Positions 49,930 through 62,933 of a DNA stretch of 64,000 bases are shown here, piece after piece; the stretch's first letter is position 1, and every line of letters begins with the position of its first letter. The position numbers and the translations under genes are program-made. The stretch is taken from positions 1,612,001 through 1,676,000 of the forward strand of contig NC_043011.1 of assembly GCF_006345805.1 (NCBI RefSeq), given 5' to 3'. The DNA comes from Octopus sinensis (taxonomy: Eukaryota). The notes below the pieces were generated by a model. It saw nothing but the letters and a program-made list of their open reading frames with translations. It made no database searches and had not been told where the DNA came from.

Positions 49930-50375
49930 TAGGCGAAGGAGTGGCTATAGGTGCAGGAGTAGCTGTGTGGTAAATAGCTTGTTTACCAACCACATGGTTC
50001 CATGTTCAGTCCTACTGTGAGGCACCTTGGGCAAGTGTCTTCTACTATAGCCCCGGGCTGACCAATGCCTTGTGAGTGGATTTGGTAGACAGAAACTGAA
50101 AGAAGCCCGTCGTATATATGTATATATATATATATATGTGTATGTGTGCGTGTATGTTTGTGTGTGTGTGTGTGTTTGTCCCCCTAGCATTGCTTGACAA
50201 CCGATGCTGGTGTGTTTATGTCCCCATCACTTAGTGGTTTGGCAAAAGAGACTGATAGAATAAATACTAGGCTTACAAAGAATAAGTCCCAGAGTCAACT
50301 TGCTCGATTAAAGGTGGTGCTCCAGCATGGCCGCAGTCAAATGACTGAAACAAGTAAAAGAGTAAGAGTAAAGAG
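49930..50375 (+). mobile_element. Main SINE copy (duplicated head start)
   Basis: ataggcgaaggagtggct is followed by ataggtgcaggagtagctgtgtgg and then the full body. Confidence 0.85.
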
Positions 50376-51795
50376 TATATATCTGCTTATACAGGGTTGA
50401 TCTGAAGCTAAAACAAGAATAATTCGACTACATATTCAGATTCAAATCCAGCTGGGTTCAGCTCTGCTTTTCATTGTTGAAATGTCAATAAAATAAATAC
50501 CACTCATGCCATTTCCTTCATTTGTGCCAATGAGAGAGAGAGAGAGAGATCTTTTTTATTATTACCATTGTTATTGGCTGTAGGAATATCAGAAATAGCT
50601 GAAAGTTAAACTAAATGCCTTAAAAAAGATTTTCTGGTATATTCTAAATTCAAATGCAGCAGGGGCCAACTTTGCCTCTCAATGTCCTGGTAACTTGTAA
50701 GTTATTGATATATCGACAAAACCCCCAGCTGGAAAAATACGTGGCTTTGTGCCAACGTAAATTTTATCAATGTTGTTGATTTTATTGCTTAATTACGCTT
50801 GAATAAATATGATTTAAAATTAATCTAATGCCAGACAAAAAAGATCTAAAATATCAAAGAAAAAAAAGAAAAGAAAAATATTGTTATAGTTAAGAAAGCC
50901 AGCTTTATTCATTTTTGTGGAATGCTGAGAGTGTTTTTTCATAACTTGGTAAATCCTAAGGGTCTCAATGTCATTGTGGAAGTCAAGAAATATTTTCTCA
51001 TTCAGTTTAAATATAGATGTTTGTTGAATCTATTTATAAATATTTTTGTTTCAAATAGTTTTTATAATTACAGAGAAAGAAACAATTTTGTTAATTTCAA
51101 TTAAAATAGATTTCTTATTCACTACATTCTTTGTGTGAAAACTATTAGAAATTTATACATTATAGTGAATAGTAGAATATTACAGGTTCTTTATTTTCAT
51201 TGAAGCTGAAGTAATTTTGATATACAAGACAAGCCCTACCTCTCATCAAATTAACCTTTTTGTCATAAATTTTACTGACTGTTTTTGTTTTTTTTTTCTT
51301 AAATAGACCATCACTAATAACTTTGGACTCTAACCACTTACAAAGTCTTGAATGAGGTGGAGGAGAAGGGATTACAAAATAATAAGTAAATACTTGGTGG
51401 CTTGCTTGCTGTTGTGTTGTGTACAGGATAATTATTCAAATTTTAACAGGTGGTTAATTAGTAAAGGAATGAGAAGAATTTTATTGACTGTGAAGAGATG
51501 GAATTGGAAACTGACAACAATGGAAATTATAATTTGGAATACAGAAAGAAGCCACTAAATACTTTATGGTATTTATTTTGGTGTGTACTACAACCACTAC
51601 AGTGACCTTTAAAGAACTATAAAAATTGATTATTTTCGTGTCATGGTTTTTGTGTCAGTGTTGATTTTAACTTCTGCAGACGTGGTGAACTTAGAGGAGT
51701 TGGTTGAGACTGGTTTCACCTCTGTGTCTGTTTGTCTGTCCTTTCATCCATTCATCCTTCCAACCATCTAGCTGCACACACACACACCTCTCCTT

Positions 51796-51844
<49 letters not shown>

Positions 51845-51848
<4 letters not shown>

Positions 51849-52000
51849 GGAAAGTTTACGAAAATAAACAAAAGACAAAGGCAGGTGGTGTACAAACAAA
51901 CAGATGTATTAGTATAGCGCTCAGGAATAATAGAAGTCTTTTACGTTTCGAGCCTACGCTCTTCTACAGAAAGATACACAGAAAAAAACAAGGAGAGAAT
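51845..52000 (-). mobile_element. PLE-type terminal repeat fragment abutting (TA)n
   Basis: Reverse copy of 44570-44750. Confidence 0.65.
51937..51974 (-). ncRNA. Hammerhead-like motif with a variant CUGUAGA core
   Basis: UCUUU-CUGUAGA-A-GAGC(guag)GCUC-GAAA-CGUA-AAAGA. Confidence 0.55.
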
Positions 52001-52200
52001 TCTTTTACTTGTTTCAGTCATTTGACTACAGCCTTGCTAGAACACCACCTTAAAGCATTTTTTAGTTGAAGAAACTGACCTCAGGACTATTGTTTGTATG
52101 CTTAGTACCTATTCTATCGATGGCATTAGCTGAACTGCTAAGTTGCAGGAATGTAAAGATTCCAACATTGGTTGCCAAGCAATACACAAAGACACACACG

Positions 52201-52279
<79 letters not shown>

Positions 52280-52400
52280 CTTCTTTCAGTTTCCATCTAC
52301 CAAATTTACTGACAAGGCTTTGGTCGACCCAATGCAATAGCAGAAAACACTTGCCCAAAGTTCCACACAGTGGAAGCAAGCTTCTTACCACACAGCCTTG
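52000..52400 (-). mobile_element. Main SINE copy
   Basis: Reverse match to the family. Confidence 0.75.
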
Positions 52401-52989
52401 CCTTTACCTCCACTTTCCTTCTTGGCCATGGTTGGACAGGTTGGACAGGTTGTCATGGTCTGAGTCATTACCTATTGGTAACTGTTGCTTCTACAGATTG
52501 ATACATGAATGTGTCACTTTACAGCCGGTTGCTCTACCTATCGCCAGCCCTTTTGCAGGGTGTACTGGATGCATTTTTAATTGCATCAACACTAGAGAGG
52601 CTGGATAAGGAAACCTCAGAACTCTTTGCACTGTCTGCTCAGTTTACCAACCACTTTTCAGAGAATATTGAGTATATTTTGTAGTACCAGCACCAGAGGC
52701 ATTGTTTCACTCATCCTTTGCTTTGAAGGGGCAAGGGTTGTTGCCCAGAGGAGGTGCAATGTTTTGTAGATAGGACAATATAGATAGTATTAAGACTTCT
52801 TGGAATATAGACTGAGGAGGGGCAATAGTGGGGAGCAATGCCAGCAGGAATGTTGGACGTGAGTAAGGGGAGCAAATAAGTGATGATAATACACAATAAC
52901 CTAAGGTGAGTATTATGAGAGAGTGAGAGAGCATTGATGTCCTTAGGGCTCGAAAAGCTGAGTGGAAGAAAGAAAGGGACAGAAGTGTG

Positions 52990-53300
52990 ATCTAAGGCCC
53001 TTTTGTTGACAATACAAAGGTTCTGTATTTTTTCCTGCTCATGAACACATTATGAACATACTTTGAGGCCTCTTGATTTTAGTTTTCATTTCCATGCCTA
53101 GAACGGAATTAGACAAAAATTTGTCCAATTCTTGTACAAATTTAGCAATAAGAACTAGATCATTCATACATAGGAGCACCTATAACCAGTCTTGAGCTTC
53201 TGTGTGATGGCCTGTATGACTGATAAATGGGATTGGGCTGAGGATATAGTAGTCACAGAATCACACACTCAGACAATGATGTAGGATTAGATCTCAGAAG
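52990..53300 (-). mobile_element. RTE RT palm relic
   Basis: The frameshifted ILSPIPF..IQAITQKLKTG...NDLVLIA resembles VLSPLLFIIVLQAIT...LLYADDLVLIA. Confidence 0.6.
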
Positions 53301-53464
53301 ATAAGTCCTCACTAATAAAGATCTCTACTGTGACTCACAAAAACAACATGGATTTTAAGGGTTTGTGGTAATAGCTGCAAAAGCAACAACCTATTGGTGT
53401 TATGTAATTTACTTGTCTGCAATCACAGTTATCAAAACAGAATTAAAAAATAAGTTTCAATGTA

Positions 53465-53850
53465 TAGGCGTAGGAGTGGCTGTGTGATAAGTAGCTTGCT
53501 TACCAACCACATGGTTCCGGGTTCAGTCCCACTGCGTGGCACCTTGGGCAAGTGTCTTCTACTATAGCCTCAGGCCGACCAAAGCCTTGTGAGTGGATTT
53601 GGTAGATGGAAACTGACAGAAGCCCGTCGTATATATGTATGTGTGTGTATATATGTGTGTGTGTTTGTGTTTGTCCTCCCAACATCGCTTGACAACCGAT
53701 GCTGGTGTGTTTACGTCCCCGTAACTTAGTGGTTCGGCAAAAGAGACCAATAGAATAAGTACTAGGCTTACAAAGAATAAGTCGACTTTCTCGACTAAAG
53801 ACGGTGCTCTAGCATGGCCACAGTCAAATGACTGAAACAAGTAAAAGAGT
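53465..53850 (+). mobile_element. Main SINE copy
   Basis: Near-consensus copy. Confidence 0.85.
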
Positions 53851-55039
53851 AATCATCTCACACTAACCTTTTTCATAAAAAACAACTATTGTATATTTGC
53901 CCCATAATTTGCCTTCTTCCTGACTGTTGGTAGTAACATCTGTAATCCAGAGCTAAATCTTTACTTATAAAGCTGTCTCTGCCATCTATAACAGGCAAAT
54001 GCTTTGTGTGTCATTTAGCAACATTATGTATTTTTTTCATCTTTATGTTATTATAACTCTTGATTTGGATATTAAAATGCAAAGATCTCACAACAAACTA
54101 CATCTGAAATGTCAATTTAGTGTATGTCATTTCTGAAATAATAGCTGTCACAATAAAGTGTTTACCCAATCATTAGTTTTATGCCATGGCTGTTTAATCT
54201 AATTTTGGGTGACTTGTAAACAGCTAGAATTAATTTAAGAATATATTAAAACTTCATATCATTTCTAATGTCATTTTCTGAAATCAAATTTTCAAGTTAA
54301 CAGAATTGGAACTGCATCACACAAAATGCTTTGTTGTATTTGATTATTGCACTTTACAGCATATGTTTATGTTGTGCTGAGGTCACCTTTGCCTTTCTTT
54401 CAGGGTTCATAAGATAAAGTACCAGTCAGGTACTAACATTGCTATAACTGACAAACCCCTCCCCTTGTGCCTATAAGAAACGATTATTACCGTTATTATG
54501 CTTTTAACAATTTCATCCAAGTTTATTCTCCATCTCTACCTCAGTACATTTGATAATAAAAAAGATAATACCGTGCATGTAGTACTATCTTTTGTGAGTA
54601 TAGGTTGATGTTTCATCAGAAATAACATGTTCCTAAAGTTATTTAAATGCTTCACCTGTTTGCTATGTAGAATATAGATGACAATGATGATGATGATGAC
54701 AACGTCTTCATCGCCACCATCATCAACATCATCATCATCATTTCGTGTCTGTTTTGCATGCCGGCATGGATGGGTTAGCTTGACAGGACCCAACAAGTTG
54801 AAGGACCATTTTTGGCTCCAATGTCTCATTTTTGGCCTGATTTCAATGGCTGGATAGAAACACCACCCACTTCCTTCCAAACACCAACCACTTACAGATG
54901 CATTTTCTTATGGAACCAACCCTATTTGGATTGCCTTGAAGCTTGGAAACTGAAAAGAGCTTTCTTGATAGATGGAATAGATTTAACAATGGAATCACTC
55001 TTCAGGTAAAGAACAAAGACGAACTAAGATTCATCATTG

Positions 55040-55445
55040 CTTGAAAGATAGGCACAAGAGTGGCTTGTGGTAAGTAGCTTGCTTACCAACCACATGGTTT
55101 TCGGTTCAGTCCCACTACACGGCACCTTGGGCAAGTGTCTTCTATTATAAACACAAACTAACCAGAACCTTGTAAGTGGATTTAATAGACGGAAACTGAA
55201 AGAAACCCGTTGTATATGTGTGTGTACGTTTGTGTGTCTGTGTTTATTCCATCCACTATTGCTTGACAACCAGTACTGGTGTGTTTACGCCACCATTACT
55301 TGGCAGTTTGGCAAAAGAGACTGATGGAATAAGTACTAGGCTTACAAATAATAAGTCCTGGGGTTGATTTGTTTGACTAAAGGTGGTGCTCCAGCATGGC
55401 CGCAGTCAAAATGACTGAAATAAATAAAGGAATAAAAGAATAAAA
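55040..55445 (+). mobile_element. Main SINE copy
   Basis: Full match to the family. Confidence 0.8.
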
Positions 55446-55679
55446 GAAAACACTTAATAGAAAAAAATACATAACTCACCTGCCACAGATTTTTCAAGAA
55501 GTTAAAATAATACAAAAACAGATATGTTTAGAATATAAATAAGTGTAGACATGGTTTTGAATTCAATCGCTTTGCATGGGACCTTAGTCAAGAGCCTTCT
55601 CTATAGTCTTGGTAGTCTGGAAACTCAAAGAAGCCCAATGTGTGTATATATATATATATATATATGGAGTTTTGGTTAA

Positions 55680-56038
55680 GGTACCTGGCACCATATGTGG
55701 CCGATGTCAGCACTGCCTTGACTGGCTTCCGTGTCGGTGGCACGTAAAAACCACCAACCAATCGTGGCCGTTGCCAGCCTCCCCTGGCTCCTGTGCTGGT
55801 GGCACGTAAAAAGCACTATCCATACTTGGTCGATGCCAGCACCACCTCGACTGGCTTCCATGCTGGTCGCACGTAAAAAGCACTCACTACACTAACGGAG
55901 TGGTTGGCGTTAGAAAGGGCATCCAGCTGTAGAAACACTACCAAATCAGACTGGAGCCTGGTGCAGCCTCCATGGCTTACCAGACCCCGTGGATCCATCC
56001 AACCCATGCTAGCATGGAAAGCGGACGTTAAACGATGA

Positions 56039-56040
<2 letters not shown>
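55680..56040 (+). mobile_element. (GAT)n-tailed retroposon with several internal units
   Basis: Repeated ggtggcacgtaaaaa units end in ggacgttaaacgatgatg. Confidence 0.8.
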
Positions 56041-56082
<42 letters not shown>

Positions 56083-56151
56083 GCATATGTGTGTGTGTGA
56101 GTGTATGCATATATATATGTATATATATACACACATATGTATATTTATATA

Positions 56152-56186
<35 letters not shown>

Positions 56187-57039
56187 TTATATATATATAT
56201 GTGTGTGTGTGTATGTGTGTGTTTGTTTTTCTGTTTGCTCCCACCTTTACTTGACAACCAGTTTGGTTTGTTTACATCCTTGTAACTTAGCAGTTTGGCA
56301 AAAGGAGACCAATAGAATAAGTATCAAACATTACAAAAAGTACCAGGGTTGATTCATTTGAGTACACCTTTCAAGGCAGTGCCCTATTCAGTCAAAGAGG
56401 ATCTTAATCATGCAAACTGCATAGCAACCTCATTAGTACAGTTGCCACATAAGAGTCACTTAGTGCATGCTGTAAGGTTGTTGGCATTAGAAAGAGCATC
56501 AAGCTGTAGAAACAATGTCAAAGCAGACATTGGAACCCAGTGGATCCTGTAAAAACTTTTACCTGTACCAGTATGGAGCATTGACGTTGAATGATGGGGA
56601 TGGTGTTGATGTTAATGATATGAATATTCTGAGGTTTGCTGTTAATGAGGATGTATTTGCATAAAAGGAAAAGTACTTTAACCTTGTATTATCTGACGCT
56701 TGGTATATGGACAAATTTACTATATCCAGAATCAAAATACTAATAAAATTCCTGGTAATGCTATGATATTAAATATGATGGAACTTGACAGAATGCGATG
56801 AAAATAAATACATCAGACAAACTTATTTAAGTATGTATAAAATACAAAAAAGATTGGTAAAAATTAGTCTTGAAAATAAATATATTAATACTTATAAGCA
56901 TGGCTGTAACTATGAAGATACTAAATGTATGGTTGTTTTAAATAACAACAACAACAATAGTAATACATGTGAATAATGTCAAGCATAAGAATTATTTATG
57001 ACTGGAGAACAACTAACTTTGGAATTAATAGTTGTAAAC

Positions 57040-57960
57040 ATGTTGATAATTTAACATTATGGAAAAAGGCAATGTAAATAATAGAAAGGTTAAACTGAGG
57101 AATATTATCAGATATAATGCACCATTCACATCTTAATTAACTACTAATATTCCTCAAAAATTATTTGCTGCACTTGATAGACATTTCCCACCTTCAAGTA
57201 AGTATAGGAAATTATTTAATTGTCATAGAGTAAAATTTTCCTGTTCAACCTCTAGAAATTTGACTGAGAATATTGCAGCATATAATGAATGTAAAAATTA
57301 GACAGTATCGCAACTCAAAATTAGAAAACATGAGACAAACTTATAGTATAAATTGTAAGATAAACTCTAATGATAGTTTTCCTGAGCTAGTTTTCAATAC
57401 TTTAGGCGACAGTAATTCCAACTGTGTAATTGATAGTACCTTTAAGATAACACTTAGTAATAATGTTGATTATAATACTGCTTATTATCTGAGTTTAGCA
57501 CCTAATTCTGAAAGTAGAGTTAGTACTAATTCTTTTAATCAGGAGTACTACAAAAAGGTAAATAAACGCCTTTGTAATTTCGAAAACAAAATTGCCTGCC
57601 CTTTAGAAAATCAATGTTCAATGACGAATATGATATATCAATGTCAGATAATTTCAGAGAGCCACAATATTATTACATGGGTTCTCTGCTACAATTTAAA
57701 AATCTAGATTACATAACCTTTCTTCTTCATTTAGGTTTAGAAATAATGTAATTTTATGAATCTTAGTACATTCATTTGGGATTTGAAAGAAAGACAGGAA
57801 CATTAACTATGATATAAAGTGGTCCATCATACAACACTGGTAATTTTAAATGTGATCTTTGCCTAGAGGAAATGTTGTATATAATTACTTCAACATTAGA
57901 ATTATTGAATTGTAGATACAATCTTACATTAAAATGTTCCCACAAACATGGAAAAACATT
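57040..57960 (+). mobile_element. Penelope-like element: linker plus GIY-YIG endonuclease relic
   Basis: NIIRYNAPF...LDRHFPPSSKYRKLFN, LCNFENKIACPLENQCSMTNMIYQCQI, FIWDLKE...IKWSII and CDLCLEE...LLNCR. Confidence 0.8.
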
Positions 57961-58571
57961 TAAATATTTCAATAGTAAATAATGCTGTGATTATAATTGC
58001 TTTTTCTATAATCTAATAAGCATAATTTTTTAACATATATTAATACCTAAATAACTAAATGTTGTAAGATACAATTTCTAAATTTATTTTTTTATTCTTT
58101 TGTTATCTACTAACAACACCATAAGTTTGAATACTAAACTAGTTTTTCTTAGAATATTATGTATTCTTCTTTTATATGCATTCTTGTATTAAAGATAGTC
58201 AGTTTGAATTTAGACCATTTGAGTTACCTTGATAACATTGTCTAAATCTAAATTTTCAGATATATTTGTATCTTTTTCTATATCTAAATATGCTGGTGCA
58301 ATAGAAACAACCGGCTGTTATATACAGTGTATTCATCAATTGAAGATGTGATTTTCTCTTTTTCTTGTTCATGTTGCTAATTACTGTGGATTTCTTGAAA
58401 TTCTTCTAAATGGTATTTAGATCTACAAGTCATACATGAGGAAATACTTCTAATGTTAATTCTATTTGAATTTATTGCATCTGAGTTTTGAATATTGTTA
58501 ACCAAGTTCACATTACTCTGATTGCATTCTAGATATCTGCCTGAATTTATTAATACCTTTTACCTTTTGTT

Positions 58572-58598
<27 letters not shown>

Positions 58599-58602
<4 letters not shown>

Positions 58603-59846
58603 GTGTCCCCAAAAAATGTATACACACTTCAAATAATTGTAAAGTAGGTGATTATTACAATACATTTCTATTTTCAAAATTTAATAGAATCTACAGGCAT
58701 TATTTTATTTTCTTGTCAATGCCTGTTTTCAAACTGACATCTGGCCTGGTCCAGGCACTGCTGACAACACGAGCAATGAAATCGCAAACATCATGAAGCA
58801 ATTCGTTTGATATTTGTGTGCATTCTCGTTCAATGGCTGCTCTCAAATCGACGACTGTTTCTGGTTTCACAGCGTAGACTTTGTCTTTTAGGTATCCCAT
58901 AAAAAAAAGCCTTGTGGTATGAGGTCTGGTGAATGTGGAGGGTACTCAATGAAACCCCTTCGTCCAATCCACCCGTTTGGCAAGATCACATCAACGAAGG
59001 ATCTAACATTATGATGGTAGTATTGGAGGCGGTCCATCTTGCTTAAAATAAAACTCCTCATCTTCAAAGTCTTCTCTAATGCTTGGCATGGCAGACTGTT
59101 GCAGCAAGTTCAAGTAAATGGAACCAGTCACAGTAGTGTCAAAATAGAATGGTCCAGTTAATCCTCTTGATGATAAACCACACCGCACTGTAACTCCTGG
59201 TAAATTAACATAGTGTTCCACCATAACATGTGGATTCTCAAGTCCCCAGTAGATGCAATTGTGGTGGTTTATTGGACTATTTAATTTGAATGTGGCCCCC
59301 ATCACTCCACACAATCTTTGTTGGAAAGTGTGAATCTTCTACACATTGTGCCAAGTACCACTTGCAATACTGCATCTTTGGTCTGGATCATCGTCATTAA
59401 TAGTATGGAGTAATCTTGGACTGTAAATTTTCCATTGACAATGCTTCAAAATGCATCGACAGACGATTTTAAAATACCTACCTTATGACTAGCTTGCTGC
59501 ACAAATTTTCCTGGACGTTGGTGATATGCCTTCTTGCTTTGTGAGGGTTGTCAATGTCCGTGGTCTTCTGGATCACTTCTCATAGACATTTCCATCGGCT
59601 TCAAACTTATTTCTAATTAAAGTGATGGCAAGTCGTGTTGGTGGACCTGTTTGAAACTCCCTCCTAAACTGTCTTTGCACTTCAACTGCGTTTTCCCACT
59701 TCCAGTGGCATTTTAGAATGAATTTCTTTTGTTCAAAGCTTAGTCTGACTGCCATCATTAATTCCAGTCGGTTTAATATGGAAAGAAAAACATAAATTGA
59801 ATTATCAGCTGCTAAATTAGGTGTACAATTTTGGGGATACCCTGTA
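58599..59846 (-). mobile_element. Tc1/mariner-superfamily element (DUF4817-like HTH, DDxD-type), near full length, degenerate
   Basis: TIRs gagtgtccccaaaaaatgta / tacaattttggggataccctg. The transposase pieces are LSFEQKKFILKCHWK..., VWSDG, FKQDG, PHSPDL and GYLKDKVY. Confidence 0.85.
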
Positions 59847-59880
59847 TATATATATATATTATATATATATATAACTCTTG

Positions 59881-59951
<71 letters not shown>

Positions 59952-61203
59952 CACAGAAGTATGTACACCCCTAAAAAACTTTAGTAAAATTGCCATTACT
60001 CTGATAATATCGAATGAAATCAAACGCAATTTATTCCGAATAAAATATATTATAGATGCAAACATTATACAAATTTGGAACACACGCAATAAATATTTTC
60101 AAGATACGAACGAAATATTAATTTTCAAATATTACAAAAATATGTACACCCTAAAGGAAATTTGATATATTTAGTATTTTATCCACTTTTTTTTTTTTAC
60201 TAAATTCAGATATTGCTAGTAATTTCAGTTCTAATAAATTATTTCTCCTGGCATTTTTGCACTAGTCCTTGTTATTGCAATTGTAGGAATTCTGATTTGT
60301 GTAGCATGGTGAAAATTTTCTTCATTGCGATTAAAACGGCACCAAAAGAAAAAGAATTGTCAGCAGATCTGAAAAAAATTATTTTTAATTTACACAAGAA
60401 TGTTTTAGGATACGAATGTATATTAGCATAAACATAGTTGCCTAAGTAATTCAGAAGTACAAAGCTACTGGACGACTAAGCAATAAACATTGTTGAGGTC
60501 ATTCTTCTATTTTAACTGCATGTGATATTCACCATATCCAACGTTGTGTGATGGACGACAGGCGTTGTACCACTTCATCTTTGGCCCAAGAAATGTCTTC
60601 TGTTAGTGGAAAGTGTGTATTCACCCAAACAGTTTGCCAAAATTTGAACCAGTGTGGCCTTCATGGATGCATTCCTTGTAGGAATCAAGCATCAATCAAG
60701 TTGTCATTCTTTTGCTGAAACCTATGTAAGGGGAAGAAGTTTTGAAATAAAATACTTTTTGTCTGGCAAGACTAAAATCAACTTGTTTGTGTCAGATGGT
60801 ATTAAACAAGATAATAGCAACAAATGTACTGTGCCTACCATGAAACATGGCAGCAGAAGTGTTATGCTTTGGGGATGCATGAGTGAAGCTGGTGTAGAAG
60901 GACTCACATTTATTGAGGGAACAATGGATTCGAGGCTTTATTGTGACATATTGCAGAAAACAATGTTGAAAAGAGCATCAAGGAACTAGGAAGATATCCC
61001 ATGTCCAACATGATAATGACTCTAAACACACTTCAAAGAAGATGACTAAATTTTTATCAGATAAAAAGGTAAAGATATTGCTTTGGCCTACCACTTCACA
61101 TGATATAAACACAATAGAACATCTGTGGGGTCTTTTGAAAAGGAAGGTTGAGGAGAAAAAAAACCCCGTAAAGTAACATAGTTAAAAAATATTATTCATG
61201 ATA

Positions 61204-62495
61204 CGAGGGGCGTTCAATAAGTAATGCCCCTGACCCACTTCCCATAGCAATAGAGCAACGAATCTTGGCAGAGTTAATAGTCTTTTTCTACATAGGAAAC
61301 ACCCAGAGTTACGCATTTCTCCCATCGTTTGATGCAGCTCTGATGACCGTTTTTGTAGAAGACCCCAGCTTGGTCCTCCAGCCATGACGTGACTTCAGAA
61401 ATCAAGGCTGCATCATCTGGGAAAGGCTTTCCTTTCAAAAACAACTTCATGGCTGGGAAGAGGTGAAAATCAGAGGGTGCAAGGTCATGAGAGTAGGGGG
61501 ATGGGGGACGAGTTCATAGCCGCACGCCTGTGCTTCTGATCTGGCGACAAGCGAGTTGTGGACAGGAGCGTTGTCCTGCAGGAGGAGGATGCCTTTGCTG
61601 ATCTTGCCATGCTTCTTGATTTTGATAGCTTCTCTTAATTTCCTCAAAAGTGAAGCATAATAGGCTCCTGTAATTGTGGTACCCTTTGCCAGGAAATCTG
61701 TCATCACTACACTGTCCTGGTCCCAGAAGACTGTGAGCATGACCTTGCTAGCGGAGAGCTGCACCCTTGCCTTCTTTGGAGGAGGTGAGTCATGGTGCTT
61801 CCACTGCATTGACTGGGCTTTGGTCTCTGGATCATAGTGATGGACCCAGGTTTCATCCTGTGTAATCAGTCTTTTGAAAAATTTTGACTCATCTTCTTGG
61901 CACATCTCCAAATTCATCCTCGAGCACTTGACGCATTCTTGCTTCTGGAAAGGTGTGAGCAGCCTGGGAATCCATCTGTCAGACACCTTTTGCATATGCA
62001 AATGGTAATGAATGATAGTTTCCACAGACCTGGTACTAATCTTGACCTCATGGGCTATTTAGCGAATAGTTATATGTCGATCTTCCAAAATGGTAGCCTC
62101 AACTTGACGGACAGATGCCTCATCAATGGCAGAAGGGGGGCGACCAGATCTGGGAGCTGTTTCCACAGAGTTCCGACCGTGTTTGAATTGACGATACCAG
62201 CGTTTTACAAGGCCATATGATGGGGCATCGTCACCATAAGTTACTTTCATTTCATCAAAAGTCTCCCGTGGTGTGCGTCCTTTCAAATACAAAAACCGGA
62301 TCACTGCTCAACACTCAACAGGCTCCATTTCATACTTGACTCCGTTCAAACACCTGTAAATCAGAAACCACAATTAGTTCAGAGCTGTAATTTGCCACTT
62401 AATCTATAGAGATATAAATAATTGCACATGCAAAATTTCAGCTAGATCAAACAACTGCAAGTGGGTCAGGGGCATTACTTATTGAACGTCCCTCG
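61204..62495 (-). mobile_element. Full-length mariner (DD34D, Himar1/irritans-like), 1292 bp
   Basis: 37-bp TIRs cgaggggcgttcaataagtaatgcccctgacccactt with 1 mismatch, and TA TSDs at 61202-61203 and 62496-62497. Confidence 0.95.
61274..62328 (-). pseudogene. Mariner transposase pseudogene (2 stops and 1 frameshift seen)
   Basis: MEPVEC*AVIRFL...WIPRLLT...ITQDETWVHHYDPE...QDNAPVH...HPP/SHDLAPSDFHLF...YVEKDY*. Confidence 0.9.
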
Positions 62496-62836
62496 TAAAT
62501 AGAGGTCGATTTCATTGGTTATATGCGGAAATTTAGTTGACTGTATGCCCAGAAGACTTCATGCAGTCATTGAAAGCAAGGGTGTCACACTAAATATTGA
62601 ATATAGCAAATAATCCTTTAGGGTGTACAGATTTTTGTATTGCTTGAAAATTAATGTTTCGTTCTCATCTTTGAAAATTTATCTCATTTTGTGTTCAAAA
62701 TTTGTATAATGTTTGCATGTATATTATATTTTATTCAGTATAAATTTCGTTTGCTTCCCTTTAATATTATCAGATTAATGGAAATTTTACTGTAATTTTT
62801 TAGTGGTGTACGCACGTCTGTGAGATATACATATAC

Positions 62837-62930
<94 letters not shown>

Positions 62931-62933
<3 letters not shown>

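Larger units (their letters stand above)
59949..62825 (+). mobile_element. Tc1-like element with long IR/DR-type TIRs (~220 bp), interrupted by a mariner
   Basis: Each TIR holds two tgtacacc(c) DRs. The transposase pieces are KELSADLKK, VPTMKHGSRSVMLWGCMS, QHDNDSKHTSK, INTIEHLW and, after the insert, MPRRLHAVIESKG. Confidence 0.85.
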
